DNA of 60,918 nucleotides from a virus (Duplodnaviria; Caudoviricetes): positions 1 through 60,918 of IMG/VR virus record IMGVR_UViG_3300009180_000046. One strand, given 5' to 3'. The notes beneath the pieces are model-generated. The model had not been told where the DNA came from and did not search any database. It saw only the letters and a list, made by a program, of their open reading frames with translations. A program made the position numbers and the translations under genes. Below are positions 53,749 through 60,918 of the stretch, in pieces; position 1 is the stretch's first letter, and each line of letters begins with the position of its first letter.

Positions 53749-54984
53749 TTACGAATTTAAGAAATCTTTCTTGAAAAAATTTAGAGTGTAGTCCTTTTTT
53801 TGCTGAACCACTTCATAAATCTTTTCCTCGATTCCTCCAATCGTAAACACCCAAAACACCTTGTTAAACTTTCTGTCAATGGTGGTCATTCTATCCTTGC
53901 TTTGCCAATAAGATGTTGCACTAAAGTCTATGTTATAGTACACCAAGAAGTCAGCATTGCGGAGGCTAATGCCCTCACGGCCTGAGACAATCTGAAGAGC
54001 AATGTTCTTACTGGTTGCATTAAACTCCTCAAGGTCATCAGTCAACTCATCGCCAAACACAAACTTCAATGCATCCCACTCAGCCTTAAACTTATAAAAG
54101 ATTCCTATCTTCTTGTTTATGAACTGATCCTTAATGTAGGTAGCCTTGGTATAGTCAAATACTAACCTTCTGCCTGACTCAAGTATGATGGTGCCTGAAT
54201 ACATCTGATGAAGTTTGTTCATCATCTTGCCACCAGTGTCAGCAAGTATGGTGTCATCATCACCCTGCACAACTGAATCTTTCTTCAGTTTGTTAGCTAA
54301 CTTATAAGTCAAAGGACTCATCGCAACCCTAAGTACTGCCTCCTCTACCGAGGTGGTGAAGCCTGCCTTCTCTTGGGTGAATGATATCATTAGATGCCTG
54401 ATGGCATCCATAATCTTATCCTTCATAGCACCTGAGTAGTCATTAACTTTCATTGCACCGATGTATTTAATTTTAACCTTTACATAGTCATTAGCCCACC
54501 GGTAAAAGTTGACATGCGATTTAAATGGGTTGTTAGGATGCACATAGAATTGGTGGTATATCTGTGAGTAACTCTCAGGCGTCGGTGTACCCGACAGAAA
54601 TATAACCTTTGATTTACACTTATTCACCAAATCTTTTACCTGCTTCGCTCTTTTGCTAGGCTTTGGAAATGCCCCCATCGTGTGTGCTTCATCACAAATT
54701 ATGAGGTTCCAATTTGTCCCCTCAAGTTTATGAATTGACTCGTAGTTTATGCACGTAAGGTTAAAGGTACAACCTAAATCTTTATAATCTTTTTTGATCC
54801 CGGGGACTACCTTTAATTTAGTGATAAACAATACTTCTTTCACACTCAACTCTTCGCAGATTGCCAAAGATGTCATGGTCTTACCTGTTCTTACTTCCAT
54901 AGAAAGATACAGCAGTCCGTGCTCTTTAACGATGCCAAGCCCGTCGCTTACTATCTTCTTTTGGTAATTCCGTAGTTGTATCAT
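53749..54984 (-). CDS. SNF2-family helicase/ATPase
   Basis: LRNYQ, RTGKT, ICDEAH, LSGTP, SGREGISL, QSKDR. Confidence 0.85.
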   Translation of the reverse strand: MIQLRNYQKKIVSDGLGIVKEHGLLYLSMEVRTGKTMTSLAICEELSVKEVLFITKLKVVPGIKKDYKDLGCTFNLTCINYESIHKLEGTNWNLIICDEAHTMGAFPKPSKRAKQVKDLVNKCKSKVIFLSGTPTPESYSQIYHQFYVHPNNPFKSHVNFYRWANDYVKVKIKYIGAMKVNDYSGAMKDKIMDAIRHLMISFTQEKAGFTTSVEEAVLRVAMSPLTYKLANKLKKDSVVQGDDDTILADTGGKMMNKLHQMYSGTIILESGRRLVFDYTKATYIKDQFINKKIGIFYKFKAEWDALKFVFGDELTDDLEEFNATSKNIALQIVSGREGISLRNADFLVYYNIDFSATSYWQSKDRMTTIDRKFNKVFWVFTIGGIEEKIYEVVQQKKDYTLNFFKKDFLNS

Positions 54985-55201
54985 AATTATTTGCGTAGTA
55001 TTCTGATCCTGTCAGAGTGGTGTTTAATTCAAAAATCTCAACTATTTCTCCTGACATATAGGCTCTAATAATCTGTTCTTTTTCTTTTTCTAATAAGGAT
55101 TCAATCTTAGCTTCAATCATCTGTGGTGTGTCCAAGTCCATTGGTAATGTCCTTCTTGTCCACTCCAATAGTTCTTGCATTGCTGTGTTATTGCTCATCA
55201 T
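54926..55201 (-). CDS. hypothetical protein
   Basis: TAMQEL...LEKEKEQIIRAY..G...EYY pattern. Confidence 0.7.
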   Translation of the reverse strand: MMSNNTAMQELLEWTRRTLPMDLDTPQMIEAKIESLLEKEKEQIIRAYMSGEIVEIFELNTTLTGSEYYANNYDTTTELPKEDSKRRAWHR

Positions 55202-55319
55202 CTTGCTGTTTAATTATTGACATAATCTCTCTTGTTAATGAACCTGCTGTTCTTGTGCCATCAAGTGTCCAACGTATAATAGCAAGCTCTATAGCACTAT
55301 ATAGTTTATTCTCGTCCAT
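55188..55319 (-). CDS. hypothetical peptide (43 aa)
   Basis: Manual translation MDENKLYSAIELAIIRWTLDGTRTAGSLTREIMSIIKQQDDEQ; flanked by 15-bp repeats. Confidence 0.6.
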   Translation of the reverse strand: MDENKLYSAIELAIIRWTLDGTRTAGSLTREIMSIIKQQDDEQ

Positions 55320-55944
55320 CTTGTTGTTTAAATTCTGTCATGTATTTATAGTCCGTAGTATAGTTAGTCTTATTCTCAATAGAATAAACCGTCATATCAA
55401 TCTTGTACCCAGGATTTCCTGCTATACGATTGTATGTCCAAGCATTATCCATCCAAATGATTCTATTGTTAGGATAGATAAAATAGTTGCCGTTGTCCAT
55501 CTTAAACACGTGACCACACTTGTGCTCAGGTGTCTCAGAGAAGTTGGTGTCTAGCATCCCCTTATTCTCAAATGCCCAGTCTAAAGTAAACAAGTAAACT
55601 CCTTGTCTTTTTACTCCTGTAATTGAGATTAGATCAGCCCTAAGCCCCGACATCCTAGATCTAACTTGCACATCCACATACGAACTAAAGCAGTCCCAAT
55701 ACATGTACTCTGTCAGTGGTAAGTCATCGGCATCTTTTCTCCAACAGAATGCGTGGATAGGTCTTCTTGTCCAGTTCACTCCATTCTCCAAGAACGCCTC
55801 AAACAATGGCACTCTCTTCTCGATTGATGCCACCGAGTGCACATCACATAGTGTGTGTTCTCCGTGCCCCGATTCGTTGTTAAATAAAAACTCGTTACGT
55901 ATAAAACAAGTTAGTGTTGGTATGTTATGATTCAGGTATGGCAT
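55306..55944 (-). CDS. conserved phage hypothetical protein
   Basis: YLNHNIP, WDCFS, YLFTLDW, EHKCGH, PNNRI motifs. Confidence 0.75.
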   Translation of the reverse strand: MPYLNHNIPTLTCFIRNEFLFNNESGHGEHTLCDVHSVASIEKRVPLFEAFLENGVNWTRRPIHAFCWRKDADDLPLTEYMYWDCFSSYVDVQVRSRMSGLRADLISITGVKRQGVYLFTLDWAFENKGMLDTNFSETPEHKCGHVFKMDNGNYFIYPNNRIIWMDNAWTYNRIAGNPGYKIDMTVYSIENKTNYTTDYKYMTEFKQQDGRE

Positions 55945-56137
55945 CGTCTTCTAATTTAATATGAAACACTCCCTCAGCAGGGTATCCATCGTTTAACCAA
56001 AAATAGTCACATACGCCATCCTCTTTCATAGGTGGGGTCATAAACATTAATTGATATTCACTAGCTTTTGCTGTGAACCTGTAGCAGTTCTGCTTGTCTA
56101 AGCATCCCTCGCCTGAGCATTTTGATATATCTGGCAT
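55925..56137 (-). CDS. small Cys-rich (Zn-binding) protein
   Basis: MPDISKCSGEGC..K..CYRF...C.YFW. Confidence 0.7.
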   Translation of the reverse strand: MPDISKCSGEGCLDKQNCYRFTAKASEYQLMFMTPPMKEDGVCDYFWLNDGYPAEGVFHIKLEDDAIPES

Positions 56138-56138
56138 G

Positions 56139-56399
56139 TTAAAAAAAGTCTGTGTAAATTAAAATAGGTGAGTTCGGCATGTATGGAACAGCTCTTGCAG
56201 TATTATATTCATAATAGTCAATAGCCTCTTCATCACTCATGCCTTCTTTCATTAAGCAGTCAACAATATCGTTGATAGAGTAAACTAATCTAATTGGTTC
56301 TGAGTAAGCGTCTACTCCAATAATTGCATCATCAAATCCATCAATGATGGTAAATGTTTCATCTGGGAAGTTGTTAAGTATCTCCTCTAATTTGCTCAT
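56139..56399 (-). CDS. conserved acidic phage protein
   Basis: DGFDDAIIG...VYS...GMS.EEA.DYYEYN. Confidence 0.7.
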   Translation of the reverse strand: MSKLEEILNNFPDETFTIIDGFDDAIIGVDAYSEPIRLVYSINDIVDCLMKEGMSDEEAIDYYEYNTARAVPYMPNSPILIYTDFF

Positions 56400-58774
56400 A
56401 ATAGTTCTAATTGTTTATCTTCTTTAAATGGGAACACCATCCACTTGCCTGCACCATCACGCCCCTCTACTGGGTTGCTACCGGTCATGTGCAATGAATA
56501 GGTACGTAGCCACGAATTAAATCGTTGCTTAGATAACATACGGAACATGCCGTTATTATCCGCTATAAACTTATCAAACACATCATCAGGTCTGAATCGC
56601 TGATTCATTGGTATGAATGCCGGTCCGAACTCTTGTGCCCACTCAGCAAACTCAGCGTTAGTCTCTGCCCTGAACTTACGTTCTTTAAGGTTCACAAAGT
56701 TACATTTGACTAGACCGGTGTTAAGATAAGATTGTAGCACCTTGATCATATAATTGTCGAACGCACACCAATCATCTTGACTCCAATCGTTGAACAATAG
56801 TCTACCAAACTCATCCTGAGGTGTGAAGTCTTTAGAATAAAACTGCTTGAACTCCATCTCCCACTTACGCCTCTCAAATGAATTACCCTTACCTTGTATG
56901 GCGTAATTGGTTGTGATGACCACCTTGGGTGACTTGTGGAATGGAATCTTAATAGCATCTTTATTCTTGCGTTCAACCGTGATACCCTCGGTAACCACCG
57001 AGAATAATCGCTCGAAGTCAAAGTTTTTCTTCACGTCATCGAACACCAACACCTGCGTGTCTGTGCTCACTAACTGATAAGCAAATGACTTGTCAAATGA
57101 GAATGACTTACCATCAATGGTGACTGCCTTCTTCATTCGGCTGATGCCGTTCATGAACAAACCCTTACCAGTACCACCCTCAGGGTTCTCTGATATCACC
57201 TCATCATTAATGATTACCGCAGGGCAATAGCCACCATTCTTAAATGCATGAAGAATGAAGCCAATGGTCGACTCAATTGATGCCACACGTTTGTCATCAG
57301 CACCGCCAATGTTACGTATGAAAGTCTTGTAGTCGCATTCATCCGCAGGACAGAATACAAAGTCACGTTGGATAACTTGGTCTGACCACACGTAGCCACC
57401 CAAGTCCTCGTAGTTTAGTAGCACCGCCTGATCCTTGGTCACCTTGACTACGCCATTCTTAAAGTATAGGTACGCCTCATCCTTTGTGTCCTCTACAAAG
57501 TATATACTAACCGAGTCAAGCATAGACAAGAAGTCTTCTCTAAAGAATCTAGTCTTGTCAGCAAAGTAATTGTACACACTGAGGTCTTGGAAGTTATCAA
57601 GGATGTGGTTTAACACAAAGTCCTTGATGTCATCCTCTGTACACATCTCAATTAGATTCTGATTGATGCGTACAAATATGAAACCCTTGTTACCCTCAGG
57701 CACGTACTTACGATACCCATGGTTCTCTAAGAATGTCTTGAGTTCGTAGTGAATTAATGTCACCACACCCTTGTCACTCTTAGTCCAGAATGTATTCTTA
57801 CTTTGTTCCTCCTCGATTCGAGTTAGTACTGAATCAATAGTTCCGTCCTCTACACCGGAGGCTTTAAGTTGAGAACGGATGTCCTTTTTTGGCACACCAC
57901 GACTAAGTTGATTCTTTGCAAAGTCAACACGAGATGTATCCTCAAAGTACTTAGTAGCATACTTGTCAGTATGGCGATACGCTGAGTCAATAATGGACTG
58001 AATTTCTTTGGTCGTAAAGTCCTCAGATGCAAATGCCATCATGCGATACATCGCCTCAGACTTAGACACGCCATACTCATTGAACGCCATAACTAACACG
58101 AACAGATTATTGTTGCGTGCTCCTGACACAAAGCCAAACTTATTGTCCCACCATTTAGCCAAACGATTAATGATTTCGTTCTCATCATCGATAGGTATGG
58201 TTGGTCGCATGTCCTTGGTCACGTGATCAATCTCCGCATCATCTATCTTAGTCCACTCAATAGAGTTGACATTGACAAAGATGGTCGGATCGTATGACTC
58301 ATAGCACACACGTGACACATTCTTGGATGTCTTATCAAACTGCTCGCAGTTATAGTGAGCCTCTAGTGCATTAAAGAATGCCTTGTGTTTGTTAGTGTCC
58401 TTTGGTATCTTAACCAACACCTTCAAGCCGTTACCTGATGGTGAGATGAACACCGAGAACGTATAGGGGTCATTAGCCAATTCATCTTTCTTTGCTAGTA
58501 TCTCATCATTGGATGGGAAGTTATCAAAGTCTAAACATATCAGACCGCTATGCTCCATAAGAGCCGAGTCTTCACGTTTAGAGAACGTGCCTGAGAAACA
58601 TATCGCAGGCAACTCTTGCTTGAGCTTGTTACGAAGCTCCTTGTCTTTCTCCAATCTAATCTTGCGGACTATGTCTTTGGACTTACCCTCCTTAACTCTG
58701 GATAGTATAGCCAAGACATCCCGATAGAATGGGACAGACGTCTCTTTTATATTTGAGAATATAGTTACTTGCAC
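56396..58774 (-). CDS. primase-helicase (VirE-N/BT4734-like primase + PriCT + SF3-type helicase)
   Basis: LKQELPAICFSGTF, HSGLICLDFD, FISPSGNGLKV, G.RNN.LF, GGTGKG Walker A, VFDDV, ITTNY; GTG start. Confidence 0.85.
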   Translation of the reverse strand: MQVTIFSNIKETSVPFYRDVLAILSRVKEGKSKDIVRKIRLEKDKELRNKLKQELPAICFSGTFSKREDSALMEHSGLICLDFDNFPSNDEILAKKDELANDPYTFSVFISPSGNGLKVLVKIPKDTNKHKAFFNALEAHYNCEQFDKTSKNVSRVCYESYDPTIFVNVNSIEWTKIDDAEIDHVTKDMRPTIPIDDENEIINRLAKWWDNKFGFVSGARNNNLFVLVMAFNEYGVSKSEAMYRMMAFASEDFTTKEIQSIIDSAYRHTDKYATKYFEDTSRVDFAKNQLSRGVPKKDIRSQLKASGVEDGTIDSVLTRIEEEQSKNTFWTKSDKGVVTLIHYELKTFLENHGYRKYVPEGNKGFIFVRINQNLIEMCTEDDIKDFVLNHILDNFQDLSVYNYFADKTRFFREDFLSMLDSVSIYFVEDTKDEAYLYFKNGVVKVTKDQAVLLNYEDLGGYVWSDQVIQRDFVFCPADECDYKTFIRNIGGADDKRVASIESTIGFILHAFKNGGYCPAVIINDEVISENPEGGTGKGLFMNGISRMKKAVTIDGKSFSFDKSFAYQLVSTDTQVLVFDDVKKNFDFERLFSVVTEGITVERKNKDAIKIPFHKSPKVVITTNYAIQGKGNSFERRKWEMEFKQFYSKDFTPQDEFGRLLFNDWSQDDWCAFDNYMIKVLQSYLNTGLVKCNFVNLKERKFRAETNAEFAEWAQEFGPAFIPMNQRFRPDDVFDKFIADNNGMFRMLSKQRFNSWLRTYSLHMTGSNPVEGRDGAGKWMVFPFKEDKQLELL

Positions 58775-58810
58775 GTCGTTTTAAGTTAAAGTTTACATTT
58801 GTACACGATT

Positions 58811-58994
58811 TTGTGTACAAAATGTTTTAAAGTTTACATTTATAACTTACTAGTATATAGTTAGTTATATATTATATTCTTTATTTATGTACAAAGTGAA
58901 CAAAATATATAAGAAAAGTGAAAAAAATAATTTACCTGTAAAAGAAAAATATATATTCACGCAAGTCCCACATATTTTGTTCATTTGTACACAA
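58811..58994. repeat. origin-like element, copy 2 (between SSB and primase)
   Basis: TGTACA/TGAACA 9-bp-spaced motifs, TATAACT-N15-AGTTATA palindrome, A-tracts. Confidence 0.85.
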
Positions 58995-58996
58995 GA

Positions 58997-59296
58997 TTAG
59001 AATGGAAGATCAGTCTCTTCCACTGTTAGACTAATAGCAGGAGCCGGTGCTTTCTTAGCAGTTGACCCGCCTTCAGATGTCCAAGCAATCTTGCCATTGC
59101 CCAAGTAGTTCTTCTTGGTCTTAGCCTCACGCTCTTCCTTCGACTGAGACTCGTAGATACCTGCTTGGTTTCCGTACTGGTCTATCTCATCATTTATAGA
59201 GATTGTAATGTTAAGGTAATTACCCTTCTCTCCTTTAACTAATTTGTCCTTAGAGATTTTTGATACATCAATAGATGCTGAAATTAATTGTGCCAT
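58997..59296 (-). CDS. putative single-stranded DNA-binding protein
   Basis: IDVSKI.K....GEKG.YL...DQYGN...YLGNGK; acidic tail ending DLPF. Confidence 0.7.
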   Translation of the reverse strand: MAQLISASIDVSKISKDKLVKGEKGNYLNITISINDEIDQYGNQAGIYESQSKEEREAKTKKNYLGNGKIAWTSEGGSTAKKAPAPAISLTVEETDLPF

Positions 59297-59309
59297 AATT
59301 GTTTTTTGT

Positions 59310-59540
59310 TTAATTGTTTAACTTTTCTAATTCTTCTTTAACTGATTCGTACCAAATTATTTTCCATTTAAGTTCTAAATGATCAATCTTTTCATTCAAT
59401 TCATTTAATGCTTCTAAAGTATTATTTACATCTATCAAAGCTGAATCTTTTGACCATTTATCGTTAAAGACACCATCCCAATCATAGTTTAGACGCCAAT
59501 ATTTGTTGTCTATTTCTTCTGCTTTTTCTTTCGGTGTCAT
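59310..59540 (-). CDS. small helical protein, paralog of 8046-8258
   Basis: MTPKEKAEEI...SALI.V...WYESVKEELEKL. Confidence 0.7.
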   Translation of the reverse strand: MTPKEKAEEIDNKYWRLNYDWDGVFNDKWSKDSALIDVNNTLEALNELNEKIDHLELKWKIIWYESVKEELEKLNN

Positions 59541-60268
59541 AACGTTTCTAATTTAAAATACTGAGTAATGTCATCGGTCGCATTTGGCCCGAAGAACTTT
59601 TGCCACACCTCGATAGCCTTGTAGACCTTCTCTCTGCCACGATCAAGGAACTCATCTGAGCACTCAAACAAGCCCGTACGGCAACTATCTTTCTCTACTG
59701 CGATAAATACCATAGGCTTGCCAAATAACTGGTTGTAGATGTAAGCCTGTGAGTCGTAGTTATACTTGCGTGCCGAGAACTTAAAGTCATCTAAGTTTGC
59801 CGTGGTCTTGAGGTCAATAAGAATCTCATCACCGACAATATCCGACTTACCTTTCCACTGGATACCACCAATCTCTCCGATGGCAGGCACTTCGTACGCA
59901 TTAGCTGAGTCACGGATCATGTCGTAAAACGTGAGGTTGCCCATCAACGCCTTAGCCATTCTTTCACTATCATCAATTTCTTTCTGAAGCAAAAGCATAT
60001 CCGTTCCGTGTGCAAGTAATGCATCCTTGTAAATGTTAGTCGTGCGTGTCGAGCAGTCTATTGCCACAAAGTTTTTTAACTTCTCAGGCTCAAGAATGAA
60101 CGTGTGAAAGTAAGACCCTAAAAGCATAGCAGGAGTCTTCTCTTTTGGTACGCCATATTGCGATGGGTTGTACAATAACGCTCCGATGTCGGAGTTTGAT
60201 AGGTAGTTCTTACCGATACCTGAGTAATACTCAGTATCATTTTTTAATGTTTCTAAGATGGTAGTCAT
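59537..60268 (-). CDS. RecE/ExoVIII-like PD-(D/E)XK exonuclease
   Basis: YLSNS, AM.LGS.FH..ILEP, KGKSD, IDLKTT, Y.Y..QA..Y, FIAVEK. Confidence 0.85.
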   Translation of the reverse strand: MTTILETLKNDTEYYSGIGKNYLSNSDIGALLYNPSQYGVPKEKTPAMLLGSYFHTFILEPEKLKNFVAIDCSTRTTNIYKDALLAHGTDMLLLQKEIDDSERMAKALMGNLTFYDMIRDSANAYEVPAIGEIGGIQWKGKSDIVGDEILIDLKTTANLDDFKFSARKYNYDSQAYIYNQLFGKPMVFIAVEKDSCRTGLFECSDEFLDRGREKVYKAIEVWQKFFGPNATDDITQYFKLETL

Positions 60269-60452
60269 TGAATATAAGTTTTGCTTTGTGAATTTTATCC
60301 TCCCTTTGTGAGACGATAGCATTAATAATGTAAATGTGTTCCCAGTATGTACACTCGTAGATGACCTTGTTGAATTCTTTTACCTTCACCCCAAGTTCAT
60401 CAGCCATGAGTATATCAATAAAGATGTCCACATTAGGATTCTTTATTTTCAT
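60237..60452 (-). CDS. hypothetical protein
   Basis: 71-aa ORF coupled to the upstream gene. Confidence 0.55.
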   Translation of the reverse strand: MKIKNPNVDIFIDILMADELGVKVKEFNKVIYECTYWEHIYIINAIVSQREDKIHKAKLIFNDYHLRNIKK

Positions 60453-60918
60453 TTCTTCAGCTTGTTAATCGCTGCCTTGACCTGATCCGATAACTCATAC
60501 TTCTTGGATAGGTTCTTGAACACATCCTCAGATTTGAGGCCAATGTTATCAACCACATAGTTGACCACCTTCTCCCAGTTAGCATCACCAACGGCTAATG
60601 TAATCTTACCCGCAGGTTTAGCCACCACCTTTGCAGGTGTGCCATCAGATGCCTCAGGGAAGTCCTCCTTGTTGTACACGTTAAGAGCCAAGCCATGTAA
60701 GGCTAATGCCTTCACCATTGAACGCTGAATCGTTTTGTTCACATCGAATGATGTAAGACTTGCTAATGGGATCGACTTGTTCATGTGATTCATCACCGGT
60801 AAGTAGTCAATACACTCCAAGCCATTGATGGTTACACCCACCTTGACCCAAGCCGTAGCACCATCTGAGAAATAGTTCATACCGGTCTCAGATTCATAAA
60901 CCGTACGGTTCATGTCAG
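60449..60918 (-). CDS. Sak3/DUF1071-type ssDNA annealing protein, 5' end cut by window edge
   Basis: YF.DG.TAWVKV.VTI.G.....LPVM...N.SI......FDVNKTIQR..VKALA.HGL.L.VY..ED. Confidence 0.8.
   Translation of the reverse strand, partial: DMNRTVYESETGMNYFSDGATAWVKVGVTINGLECIDYLPVMNHMNKSIPLASLTSFDVNKTIQRSMVKALALHGLALNVYNKEDFPEASDGTPAKVVAKPAGKITLAVGDANWEKVVNYVVDNIGLKSEDVFKNLSKKYELSDQVKAAINKLKK

Noticed and set aside
60900-60918. Window may be a complete circle (joining the ends gives ...LLG-TGA followed by ATG)
   Set aside because: The Sak3-like protein would lack its usual N-terminal segment (LSYLSWA-type motif), and the edge reads naturally as (P)DM within the gene. No terminal overlap is visible, so the stop is probably coincidental.
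1-60918. Stop-codon reassignment
   Set aside because: Long genes are intact under code 11, and TAA, TAG and TGA all terminate genes; coding density is high.

Overview
Most (not all) of a ~61+ kb, AT-rich, apparently lytic podovirus-type dsDNA phage genome. The host is probably Bacteroidota: many genes are preceded by the TAnnTTTG -7 promoter element and by A-rich, Shine-Dalgarno-free leaders. Layout: (1) 1-5.45 kb, minus-strand early/accessory mini-genes; (2) ~5.5-5.95 kb, strand switch and probable terminus; (3) 6-48.2 kb, plus strand: groEL/groES, a tRNA-like RNA, small basic proteins, lysis cassette, a (Gly-Thr-Ser)n collagen-like tail fibre, a convergent two-domain glycosyltransferase, then terminase, portal, scaffold, capsid, ring, muzzle and ejection proteins in crAss-like order; (4) 48.2-60.9 kb, minus-strand nucleotide metabolism and replication (ferritin-like, metallophosphoesterase, nrdAB, VRR-NUC, SNF2, primase-helicase, SSB, RecE-like exonuclease, Sak3). 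No DNA polymerase, integrase or methyltransferase was recognised, but both window ends cut genes. Most notable: a strong gradient of CCWGG/CCGG/GGCC/GATC sites in the early arm; two hidden reading frames in the giant ejection-protein gene (a -1 frameshift isoform and a nested MPFKS micro-gene); a TibC/Aah-like protein O-glycosyltransferase next to a Ser/Thr-rich tail fibre; an origin-like element present twice 52.6 kb apart; a palindrome array between groEL and groES; an aberrant tRNA-like RNA; and accessory genes bracketed by ~15-bp direct repeats. Family calls come from motif recognition by eye and counts are by hand; no database searches were run.
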